Below are positions 20,402 through 30,100 of a stretch of DNA of 64,000 nt, one piece after another (positions within the stretch are counted from its first letter, which is position 1; each line of letters begins with the position of its first letter). A program made the translations under genes and the position numbers. A model generated the notes under the pieces. It was not told the DNA's origin. It was given only the letters and a program-made list of their open reading frames with translations, and searched no databases. Origin of the DNA: an uncultured Clostridia bacterium (lineage in GTDB: Bacteria; Bacillota; Clostridia; Christensenellales; UBA3700); NCBI GenBank assembly GCA_944380395.1, contig CALWHM010000005.1, positions 217 to 64,216 of the forward strand. The letters are read 5' to 3'.

Positions 20402-21157
20402 ATGAAAAAACAGTTTGGAAAAAACCATGAAGAAGACGGCTTTGAAAACGGCGCCCGTTACGATTTCGGGGACGAGGGTAGGCTTAACCGCTTAGACGAA
20501 GAAGAGGCGCGCTACTTTCTCGGCGACGAAGAAGAAGCAAGTCCAGACTATTTTGAAGACGACATCGACGAAGAAGAGTTCTTTGACGAATACGACTGCG
20601 ATATTTTCAAAGAGTTTAACGAGTATTTGGACAAAGAGCTTGACAAAATGGAAGAGATGTTCGATTTTGAAGATGAAGAGGAAGACGATTTTGCGGACTG
20701 CGAACTTCTTGACGATGATAAAGACGGGGAAGCGGTGTATCCGCCGGACGCTTCCGCGGAGGAGTGTGAATTTTTGGATATGATGAGGAAGGTTGTGCCC
20801 AAAAAAGTGGTGTATTTGTCCGAGGGAGAAAAGGCTCCCTTCAAATCTTCTATGGAGCGCGTATTTTTGGAAGAAGATCCCGAACTTTTTCCGCTGTATG
20901 AAAACTTTGTCAAAAAAGCGGTGGGCGTAGTGCTGAAAGAAAATCCCGAATCCGATATTCGCGTAGACGCGTCGTCTTTATTGGGCAACGACCTTATTTT
21001 GCGTATAAAAACGGATTACGCCGTGCTTGACGGCGGCTTGCTGGCAGAGTTTGTTTCCGCAACTCGCGGCAAAGGCGGCGTCGATGTGTCGGCGCTTACG
21101 GACGGAAGTTTTAGTATTACGCTCACGTTTCCCAAAGCGTGGCGCATTGCATGGTGA
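20402..21157 (+). CDS. Highly acidic hypothetical protein
   Basis: RBS AGGAGG then ATG; N-terminal ~110 aa dominated by D/E/F; probable folded C-terminal domain. Confidence 0.8.
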   Translation: MKKQFGKNHEEDGFENGARYDFGDEGRLNRLDEEEARYFLGDEEEASPDYFEDDIDEEEFFDEYDCDIFKEFNEYLDKELDKMEEMFDFEDEEEDDFADCELLDDDKDGEAVYPPDASAEECEFLDMMRKVVPKKVVYLSEGEKAPFKSSMERVFLEEDPELFPLYENFVKKAVGVVLKENPESDIRVDASSLLGNDLILRIKTDYAVLDGGLLAEFVSATRGKGGVDVSALTDGSFSITLTFPKAWRIAW

Positions 21158-21220
21158 ATTGCAAGGTTTGCGGAAAAAAGATCCGAAAGAAGGTATATTC
21201 TTTCGGATCGTAAAGAGCGT

Positions 21221-21808
21221 TTATCGGTCGTTGATTTGGATAAGAACCGCGCCTTGCTTGGCTTGGCATACGGGGCATTCTACCCAGGCTTCTTTTGATG
21301 TGGCTTCATAGCCGCAATCGCCGCATTTCCACTTTATCGGTTGGGGCTTTTTATACATATTCCCGTCTTTCATCTGTCGGTACAGCTGAGTAAACAGCTT
21401 GTTGTGGCAGCTCTCCACTTGCGTGAGATTTTCAAAAAGCCCCGCCACATCTTCAAAGCCTTCCTCTCGCGCCGTTTTGGCGAACGCGGAATATATCTCG
21501 ACTTCGGCTTCCTCGTCATCGGCGGCAAACTTCAAATTATCAAGTAAATTCCATTTTTCTTTGAACGGGAAACCGGAATTTACGGGCAGATTGTTAAGGG
21601 TGCCCTTGTCCGCAGATTGAATGAAGGTGTAAAGCATTCGCGCGTGCTGGAACTCGTTATATATAACGTCGTCCACAAGCGCCGCCAAAGCTTTATAACC
21701 CTGTTGCTGCGCGCCGTAAGATACAAAGCGGTATCTCACCATTGCCATGCATTCGCCCGCAAAGGCGTTTGTCAGATTTTGATACGTCTTACTGTCTTTA
21801 AGTTGCAT
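21221..21808 (-). CDS. rbr: Rubrerythrin
   Basis: MQLKDSKTYQNL..AFAGE, NE..HA, AREEGF, VE..H; C-terminal WKC..CGY...CPVC rubredoxin domain. Confidence 0.93.
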   Translation of the reverse strand: MQLKDSKTYQNLTNAFAGECMAMVRYRFVSYGAQQQGYKALAALVDDVIYNEFQHARMLYTFIQSADKGTLNNLPVNSGFPFKEKWNLLDNLKFAADDEEAEVEIYSAFAKTAREEGFEDVAGLFENLTQVESCHNKLFTQLYRQMKDGNMYKKPQPIKWKCGDCGYEATSKEAWVECPVCQAKQGAVLIQINDR

Positions 21809-21947
21809 AATCTCTCCCGAAAATTTATTGCGGTTATCGTAAAACACGCCTTTTTGCGCGCTTTCGGATACCGCATAATAGAGTGTGCGCACAATAAAAA
21901 TTTTTATTCTCGGGTGCTTTTTGCTCAAAAAGTACATACAATGAACT

Positions 21948-22799
21948 ATGACGTTTGAAGAGAGTTTGAAAAAATGCGGCTGCGACGTAAGGCAAAATTG
22001 CCGAATAAAGAGCGCATTCGGCGATGAATTTACCGTAAATACCGCCGTTTTTCCCGCCGATTTCACCGCCGCGGCAAAAGCCGCCAAGGCGTGCAAGGGC
22101 GCGGTTTATCTGGGCGGAGTTACAAACACCTTGGTTTTGGACGATATAGAGCTTGCCGTATGTATGGGCAAAATGAAGGGGATCATAGACGGCGAGCGCG
22201 ATATTTACGTTATGGGCGGGGAAAGTTTGAGCGCCGCGTGCAAATGGGCGGGTATGCGCGCGCTTTCGGGTATGGAGCAATTGTGCGGCATACCCGGGAC
22301 CGTGGGCGGAGCGGCGGCGGGAAACAGCGGCTGTTACGGCAGGGAGATAAGCGATATTTTCGTATATGCCGACGTCGCGGCGGGCGGCAGGATAGAGCGG
22401 ATATACGCCAAAGACGCGGGCTTTTCATATCGCAAAAGCGCGCTCAAAGGCGCGGGGCTTATTTTGGGCGTTATGCTGCGCCTTACGCCCTCGGACAGAG
22501 AAAAAATACAAGAGGATATGCGCGTATGGCAGGCATTGCGCGCTTCCACTCAGCCGGGGCGCCCTTCGCTGGGCTGCACTTTCAAAAGACACGGCGACAT
22601 CTCCGCCGCCTATTACATTGAAGAGGCGGGATACAAGGGCGCAAGCGTGGGCGGAGCGCAGGTCAGTGAAAAGCACGCCGGCTTTATCGTGAACACGGGC
22701 GCAGGTACCGCGCGGGAGTATTTTGAACTTGCGGAAAAAATAAGGGCAGGGGTCTTAGTGCCTTTGGAATACGAGATAAGTATAATACGAAAAAAATAA
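21948..22799 (+). CDS. murB: UDP-N-acetylmuramate dehydrogenase
   Basis: GIPGTVGGA...N.G.YG, FSYRKS, TQP..PSLGCTFK, VSEKHAGFIVN. Confidence 0.93.
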   Translation: MTFEESLKKCGCDVRQNCRIKSAFGDEFTVNTAVFPADFTAAAKAAKACKGAVYLGGVTNTLVLDDIELAVCMGKMKGIIDGERDIYVMGGESLSAACKWAGMRALSGMEQLCGIPGTVGGAAAGNSGCYGREISDIFVYADVAAGGRIERIYAKDAGFSYRKSALKGAGLILGVMLRLTPSDREKIQEDMRVWQALRASTQPGRPSLGCTFKRHGDISAAYYIEEAGYKGASVGGAQVSEKHAGFIVNTGAGTAREYFELAEKIRAGVLVPLEYEISIIRKK

Positions 22800-22844
22800 C
22801 GCCGCCTGTTCGGCGGCGCGGATAAACCTAATATTTTCCCGCCG

Positions 22845-24176
22845 TTATTTTCCCAAGCAGAATTTGGAAAATATGGTATCTATTATTTTCTCATCGGCAG
22901 TATCGCCTGTGATCTCTCCGTAAGCGGAATAAGCCGTTCTCAAATCCAAAAGGGTGCACTCCGCGGGAACCGCGTCAAAGCGGTCACGTGCGGAAATAAG
23001 GCTTGCCAGGGCGCGTTCCAAAGCCTCTTTATGCCGTAAAGAGGTGATAAGCTCTCCGCCTGCGTCTATGCTGTTGCCCAGCACGGCGGCAACTATCTTA
23101 TCTTTCAGCTCATCCAAATTTTCACCTGTCTTTGCGCTTATGCGCAAGCCTTCGGCGGAGGACAGACTCTGCAAATCGCTTTTGTTTATTACGTCTATAA
23201 CGGGAGTATCGGGATTCAATCCCTTTAATAATTCCGCTCTTTTTACATTATTAGGGCGGCTTCCGTCCACAACAAACAGCACTATATCGCTGGATACGGC
23301 AATATCTTTGCTGCGTTTTATGCCTATGCTCTCCACCACGTCCTCACTTTCGCGCAGACCTGCGGTATCCACAAAGCGCAGGGCAATGCCGTTCCATTCC
23401 AGCGTTTCTTCTATGCTGTCGCGCGTGGTCCCCGCAATATCCGTGACTATCGCGCGTTCGCGCCCGGTCAAAGCGTTGAGTAAGGAAGATTTCCCCACAT
23501 TCGTTTCACCCACTATCGCCACCGTTATGCCGTTTTTCACCACGCTTCCCGCGCGGCACGTGGACAGCAGTTTGCCCGTCTTTTCAATAAGGCTGTTCAA
23601 AACCGGTTTTGCGCTCAGGCGCGTTTCTTCTTCCATCTCCTCGGGATAATCCAGCGCCGCTTCCATATGCGCTATCACGTCCAAAAGCGGGGAAGTGAGC
23701 GCGTGCACCGCCGCGGAAACGCCGCCCGTTGCCAGCCTGTATCCTGCATTCACCGCCGCCGCGGAATCGCCGTTTATCATATCTATCACGCCTTCCGCAT
23801 CGCTTAAGTCCATCTTGCCGTTCAAAAACGCGCGCCGCGTAAATTCGCCTCTGTCGGCTATTCGTGCGCCCGAACCGCACACCCCTTCCAACACATGTTT
23901 GAGAAGCGCCGCTCCGCCGTGACAATGCAGTTCCACTACATCTTCACCCGTATATGAATTCGGCGCGGCAAAATACACGGCAAGCGCCTTATCCCGCACT
24001 CCGCCGCACTCCAATTTTCCCAAATACATCATATACGGCACGGCGTCTGAAAAACTTTTCAACTTGAACGGCTCAAAAATCTTCGCGGCTATCTCCCGCG
24101 CTTTCTCCCCGCTCATTCTTATAATTCCCACCGCCCCCGTTCCGAGCGGCGTAGCTATCGCTGCTATCGTATCCAT
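22845..24176 (-). CDS. mnmE: tRNA modification GTPase MnmE
   Basis: DTIAAIAT, GEDVVELHCHGG, GEFTRRAFLNG, NVGKSS, GTTRD, DTAG, NKSD, FCLGK. Confidence 0.98.
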   Translation of the reverse strand: MDTIAAIATPLGTGAVGIIRMSGEKAREIAAKIFEPFKLKSFSDAVPYMMYLGKLECGGVRDKALAVYFAAPNSYTGEDVVELHCHGGAALLKHVLEGVCGSGARIADRGEFTRRAFLNGKMDLSDAEGVIDMINGDSAAAVNAGYRLATGGVSAAVHALTSPLLDVIAHMEAALDYPEEMEEETRLSAKPVLNSLIEKTGKLLSTCRAGSVVKNGITVAIVGETNVGKSSLLNALTGRERAIVTDIAGTTRDSIEETLEWNGIALRFVDTAGLRESEDVVESIGIKRSKDIAVSSDIVLFVVDGSRPNNVKRAELLKGLNPDTPVIDVINKSDLQSLSSAEGLRISAKTGENLDELKDKIVAAVLGNSIDAGGELITSLRHKEALERALASLISARDRFDAVPAECTLLDLRTAYSAYGEITGDTADEKIIDTIFSKFCLGK

Positions 24177-24565
24177 ACCCTTATTTTATCACCCCGCACA
24201 AAATATGGCAACTTATTCGCACCCAAGCTCCGCCGTATCGCCACAACAAACGAAAAACCGATGAAAGCATTTTGGAGTAAAGAGTTGTGCGGTTCAAGAT
24301 GTTATTCTCGTAATTAAAACAAGAGGAAAATTTAATATCGGAGCGGGTGGTTTTGTAAATAGAATGTAAAATATTACAAATTAGACGTAATCTATCTAAA
24401 TTATATGCTTTAATAAATATGAGGGCAAAGGTTTTTCTGTTTGGAGAGCGGTGAAAACAAGAGAGGTTGTGCTTACGGCGGCGGGGTGTGCGGCGGGGCG
24501 TTTGGCGGGAAAAATCAATGCGATGATTGTTGCGTCGAAAGAGGGGAAAATGGCGCAAAATGCGG

Positions 24566-24850
24566 GTGTGACAGGGCGTAGTGTAAACTTTATGTAAAGT
24601 TTTTGTAAATGTGGTCACATTTTGAATAAAAAATCGGGTCTACTTAGTGTAGGGGTAAAAAAATTACTCATACAAACGCGCATAAAAAAGGGCGGTGTTT
24701 AGCGCTTTTGCGCGACGCGCCGACAGGGATAATAAGACCTGAAAATCGTGTGTGACGGGGCATAATGTAAACTTTGAGTAAAATTTTTTCAAAACCGGTC
24801 ACATTTGGGGCGAAAAATAGGGTCTAATTAGTGTAAGGGTCAAAAAATTT
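24566..24850 (+). repeat. Two ~100-bp imperfect direct repeats (period 184 bp), each with GTCACA-17-GGTCTA
   Basis: Copies start at 24566 and 24750 (GTGTGAC.GGGC.TA.TGTAAACTTT...GGTCACATTT...GGGTCTA.TTAGTGTA.GGGT). Confidence 0.8.
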
Positions 24851-24926
24851 GACCGAAAAATACTATACGGACAAAGCACATATATAAAAGCACATATATA
24901 TGTGTAAAAATAAAAGGAGAAATATA

Positions 24927-25181
24927 ATGAAACAGGCAAAATTAATGCGTATGTGCTGACTGGTAATGCTTATAGTGTACACTATAGCTTTTGTGGCGGA
25001 ATTTATCATATCGGTGATATTTATCGCTTCATACGATACGGATCCGCCCGGCATGTTATCCACGATAATGTGGCCCGTGCAACTTATCGGCGCAAGCATA
25101 GTATTCTTGCTGGCATGTCTTTTCCGCAAAGCTTCGCTTGATGTGAAAGAATTGGAAGAAAAGAAAGAAAAGCAAGAATAG
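24927..25181 (+). pseudogene. Small two-TM membrane protein gene interrupted by an in-frame TGA (or translated from 24966)
   Basis: RBS AGGAG and ATG 24927: MKQAKLMRMC*LVMLIVYTIAF..., in frame with the 71-aa ORF 24966-25181. Confidence 0.55.
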
Positions 25182-25350
25182 TTTGATTTGCAAAAGTCGG
25201 GGAAAGGCAAAAACCTTTTCCCGCCAATCTTGGACAGCCCCGCACTTTGCAGGCGTGATACTTATATGTAAAGTTTGTCACCCTATTACAACGCGTTTTC
25301 CCCTACTACTTACGCGTGCGCTTGCGGGAGCGGGGCTGTTTTTTCTTTAT

Positions 25351-25850
25351 GCCCGTTCGCAGGCGCGACGGAGCGATTTTGGCGGGATCTTTTCGGCATC
25401 TTAGCGCAATACCTCGCTCGACGTAACTCTGCTACGCCTTCGTTCGGTCTTGCGCAAATCTGCTCAAAAATCTCCTCGCCAAAATCGCTCCGCCGCGCCT
25501 GCTCGCGGGCAAGGGGGGGGTGTTTTCTGAACGACAATAGCTTTATCCGCACAAAAATCTCTGCGGCAAAACCGCTCTGCCGCGCCTGCTCGCGGGCAAG
25601 GGGGGGTGTTTTCTGAACGACAATAGCTTTATCTGCGCAAAAATCTCCTCGCCAAAATCGCTCTGCCGCGCCTGCTCGCGGGCAAAGGGGTGTTTTCTGA
25701 ACGGCAATAGCTTTATCCGCTCAAAAATCTCTGCGGCAAAACCGCTCCGCCGCGCCTGCTCGTGGGCAAGGGGGTATTTTCTGAACGACAATAGCTTTAT
25801 CCGCTCAAAAATCTCCTCGTCAAAATCGTTCTGCCGCGCCTGCTCGCGGA
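25351..25850. repeat. GC-rich palindromic element plus ~85-bp tandem array with A/B alternation
   Basis: Units start CAAAAATCT at 25465, 25552, 25638, 25722 and 25806; inverted copy of the unit at 25351-25385. Confidence 0.9.
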
Positions 25851-25851
25851 T

Positions 25852-26845
25852 AAAATTCAAATATGCCGAAATTTTATAACTAGTGGTAATTCAAAATAGT
25901 CTTGTCAAGTACCACTTGGCACGTGTATTTCGGCTTGGAATTTTAAAAATTTAAAACTGAAACCAATCTTAACCTCGAAAAATTAAAAATCACTAAAGTG
26001 TAAGAAGAAGTACGCAACAACACACACCGACTAATAACTTCCAAGCTTCAAGCTTCACAATCCATCGTATATACTCATGTCAAGTAGTACTTGACACGGG
26101 TATTTATTGTTTATCTGTTTAATGAGAGAAAAAATTAGCCTATACCAAAAATCTTGGTATAGACATATAAACGCATTTTATAAGTGGCTACCACTTTAGC
26201 GGACGCTTGCGCGCTGTGCTTATTATGCGGTGTCCACTTTTGTGGACACTTGCGTGCTGTGCTTGTTATGCCTGTCCACTTTTGTGGACACTTTCGTGCT
26301 GTGCGCTGTCCACTTTTGTGGACACCGCACGAGTTCTCTTATTATGGTCTTGTCCACTTTTGTGGACGCCGCAGATTATCGGCAAGCGGCGGGCGAAAAA
26401 ATATGTGCACTGCACATATTTTTCTATGAGAGTAGGGTTAGAGTGCCTGCTTGCTTGGCAAAAATTCAATATATCGGAATTTTATAACTAAGAGTAATTC
26501 AAAACAATCTTGTCAAGTACCACTTGACACGGGTATATATTGCTTATTGTTTTAATAGTCGTGTCAGTTAATAACTTACATGCCTATTTTTTGAGTACAA
26601 ACAAAGACTTTGCAAAGATGTTAAAGTAGCAAAACCTTTTTCGTTACTTCAATGCGGTTAATGGGTGGAGCGCCACGCGCTCCCTTGTCAAGTACCACTT
26701 GACATGCCTATTTTTTGAGCGCAAGTCAATGTCGGTGCAGGGGCGGTAAGGTTTGACTCTCCGCAACAGTTACTTCAATGCGGTTAAGGGGTGGAGCGTC
26801 CCACGCTCCTTCAAAGCGGTTCAGGGTGCAGCGGCTCGCTGCTTT
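25852..26845. repeat. Cluster of palindromes TGTCAAGT-N3-ACTTGACA (x4) and TGTCCAC-TTTT-GTGGAC(A) (x4) within longer direct repeats
   Basis: First motif at 25903, 26078, 26511 and 26686 (degenerate at 26562); second at 26231, 26273, 26307 and 26351. Confidence 0.9.
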
Positions 26846-27105
26846 AAAAATTTAAAATTCTTGCCGGGCAAACGCCGTTGCAAAACTTAGAGTTATAAAA
26901 TTTTAAGCATTTAAAATTTTGAGCGGTTGTATAACAAATGGTTATTAAATATGCTGTTTTGGCATAAAAATTCGGCGGGTTTTGATTTTTTTACCTTAAT
27001 CAAAACTTGACGGTGGGGAGGGTAAATGTGATATAGTAAAAATAAGATATAAATATATGCATATATATTTTGTATTTTTAATAAGGGAAATGTAAGGAGG
27101 AGAGT

Positions 27106-30100
27106 ATGATCTGTTCCAAATGCGGCAAGGAGTTTGAAGGCAGGTTTTGCCCTTGGTGCGGCGCGGCAGGTGAGGAAAGCGAAAAGGCGAGCGCGGCGGA
27201 TAAGATAGCCGAGGAAGAGGCAGCTAAGGCGGCAGAAACGCCCAAGGCAGAAGCGCCCAAGGCAGAAACGCCCAAGGCGGAAACGGAGCAAGCCGCAACA
27301 GAGGAAAAGGCGGAAAGTTCCGCGAGTGCGGGAAAGATAAAGTGCTCCAAGTGCGGGAATGTGTTCAGCGGCAAGTTCTGCCCGGAGTGCGGATATAAGG
27401 CGGCGGAATTGGATAAGTGCCCCGTGTGCGGCGCTCCGCATAAGGCGGGGGATAAGTTTTGCGCGGAGTGCGGATATTCTTATGAAAAAAAGCCGAACGC
27501 CGCGGCGGCTACGGTGGCGGGCATAGGCACGGCTATAAAAAATTCGTGCAAGAACGCGCTTGCGTTTTGCAAAAAGCACAGCAAAAAGGTTATAGCCGCA
27601 GCCGTGGCAGTGGCGCTTATATTGGTGATAGTGGTGCCCATATCCGTGGTGTTCACTTCTCCCGTTCAGCCGGCAAATGTGGACAGAATAAAGATAGGGG
27701 ATACGCAAGAGCGCGTGCTCAGCATTTTGGGCGACCCTTACGATTGGAAAGAAGGGGATACAACCTTTGAATATTACAGCGATAACTATTTGAAGATAAA
27801 AAAAGAATTGGACAAAATCTCAAATATGGAGGATATGGAGAGCTTCGGCGACTTTGCGGACGCCCTTGAAAAAGAGGAAGAACTCAACGCCAAGCTGGAA
27901 ACGCTTGAGTATAAGGAAACAACAATTTCTTTTGATGAGGACGGACTTGTAACCAAGGTGGTTTATAACGCTTGCGTAAGTGAGAGCGAAGAACAAGCCA
28001 AGGAGATAAAGTCTAAAGAAGTTTTAACGGAAAGCATACGCGTTTACGAAAAAAGCGAGGTAGTCTACACCATAAAATATACGGATAAAAGCATAGTAAA
28101 GGCAATAGCGCAAGTAACGCCCGACATGCTCCTTGACGAATACGCCTTTTCAATATATGATCCTTTTGCTCCTGAAAATAAAATAGAGCTTTCTTGCAAG
28201 GTGGTGGAAAACTCCGATGTGACAGCCATATCCGAGGAAAATTGTCAATATCGTCTGGATCAATACGGAAAGCTTACCATATCCGGCACGGGCGAGGTAA
28301 CAAAAGAGGGCATAAACAGACTTAGCGAATCTAGTATAAAAGAAGTTATAATAGAAGAAGGCGTTACGGGTATAGGCGAAGAGGCTTTTGCTTCTTGCGG
28401 ATCTATGACTTCAGTATCCATTCCCGACAGCGTAACAAGTGTTGGAAAGGACGCCTTTGCGAATACGAGCGTGGGTTATACCGCAAACGACGGCGTAAGA
28501 TATTTGGGCAATGAAACCAATAAATATTTGGTAGCTATGCAAATAGGCGCGGCGGATACCATACAATTTAACATACACGGCAATTGCAGGGTAATTGCGG
28601 ACAGCGCTTTTGAAGGCAATGAAACTTTGAAAGCCGTATATATTCCCGAAGGAAGCGTTAAATATATAGGCGCAAGGGCTTTTTATGGCTGCACGCTTAT
28701 AACAGGCGTTACCTTAGGCAATGGTGTGGAAAATATTGGCGATGCAGCATTTTGCGGCTGTGATTCGCTTACAAGTATAACCATGCCCGGAAGTGTAACA
28801 AACATAGGCGCAAGTGCGTTTTCCGGGTGCGAAACGCTTGCAAATATAACAATTGGCGAGGGCGTAACAAGCATAGGCGATTATGCATTCGATAGTTGCT
28901 TTGAATTGCAAAATATCTCAATTCCTTCAAGCTTGGAAACGGTAGGGAATAGGATATTTAACTATGTAAACAAGGTAACGCGTATAGACTTTGACGGCGA
29001 TTTGGCGGCGTGGCTTAAAGTTATGTCTTTAGGCGGAATGGCTTCGGTTATCAATTCAGACAGCATGATATATTTTAACGGAGAGCAATTAAGCGGCGAT
29101 ATTGTTCTTCCCGAGGGCATAACCTCTATCCCGTCATATGCCTTTACCAATTCTACACAAATAACAAGCCTTACCATACCCGACAGCGTAACAAGTATAG
29201 GAAGTTATATTTTGCAAGGCTGCACGGGAATAGAATCTTTAACCATTCCGGAAATGACAAGAATGCTTGGCGGTTATTTCGGAGAAGACCCCTCTAAGTA
29301 TTATAATACCAAAGTTCCCGCCTCATTGAAAACTGTTACTATTACGGGCGGAGAAAGTATTCCGGCTTACGCCTTCGATAGTTGTAGTTCGCTTACAAGT
29401 ATAACAATACCCAGCAGCGTAACAAGTATAGGCAACAGTGCATTCTCAGGTTGCAGTTCGCTTACAAGCACTGTAATACCCGATAGTGTAACAAGCATAG
29501 GCTCGTCAGCATTCTATAATTGCAGTTCGCTAACAAGCATTGTAATACCCGATAGTGTAACAAGTATAGGTAGCGGAGCATTTTCCTATACTAATTTAAT
29601 GCAAAAAGAAAATGGTGTTAGCTATGTAGATAAATGGGTTGTTGATTGCGATAGTTCGGTGAAGCAAGTACAATTACGTGATAATACGGTGGGTATAGCA
29701 GGTGGCGCATTTTATAATTGCAGCTCGCTTACAAGTATAACTATACCCGACTGTGTAACGAGCATAGGTCGCAGCGTATTCGAGGGTTGCAATTCGCTTA
29801 AAAGCATTGTGATACCCGAAGGTGTAACAAGCATAGGCGATTACGCATTTGAAGATTGCAGTTCGCTTAAAAGTATAATTATCCCCGACAGTGTAACAAG
29901 TATAGGTTATCAAGCATTTTATAATTGCAGTTCGCTTACAAGCATAACTATACCCGAAGGAGTAACAAACATAGGTAATGAAGCATTCGCGTATTGCAGT
30001 TCGCTTATAAGCATTGTGATTCCCGAAGGAGTAACAAACATAGGCTATCGCTTATTCTATTCTTGCGATTCGCTTGCAAGCATAACTATACCCGATAGCG

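Noticed and set aside
21809-22096. N-terminal extensions in the ORF track (rubrerythrin; also asnA, GS III, glutamate synthase subunits, pyrG)
   Set aside because: They overlap neighbouring genes or leaders; downstream ATGs with RBS match family N-termini.
26184-26370. Second CRISPR array or oriC DnaA-box cluster near mnmE
   Set aside because: Linkers are mutually similar and irregular in length; TGTGGACA departs from the TGTGNAWAA DnaA consensus; no dnaA nearby.
25275-26491. ORFs of 67-113 aa in the repeat region
   Set aside because: Translations of tandem repeats without RBS; frames broken by variable G tracts.
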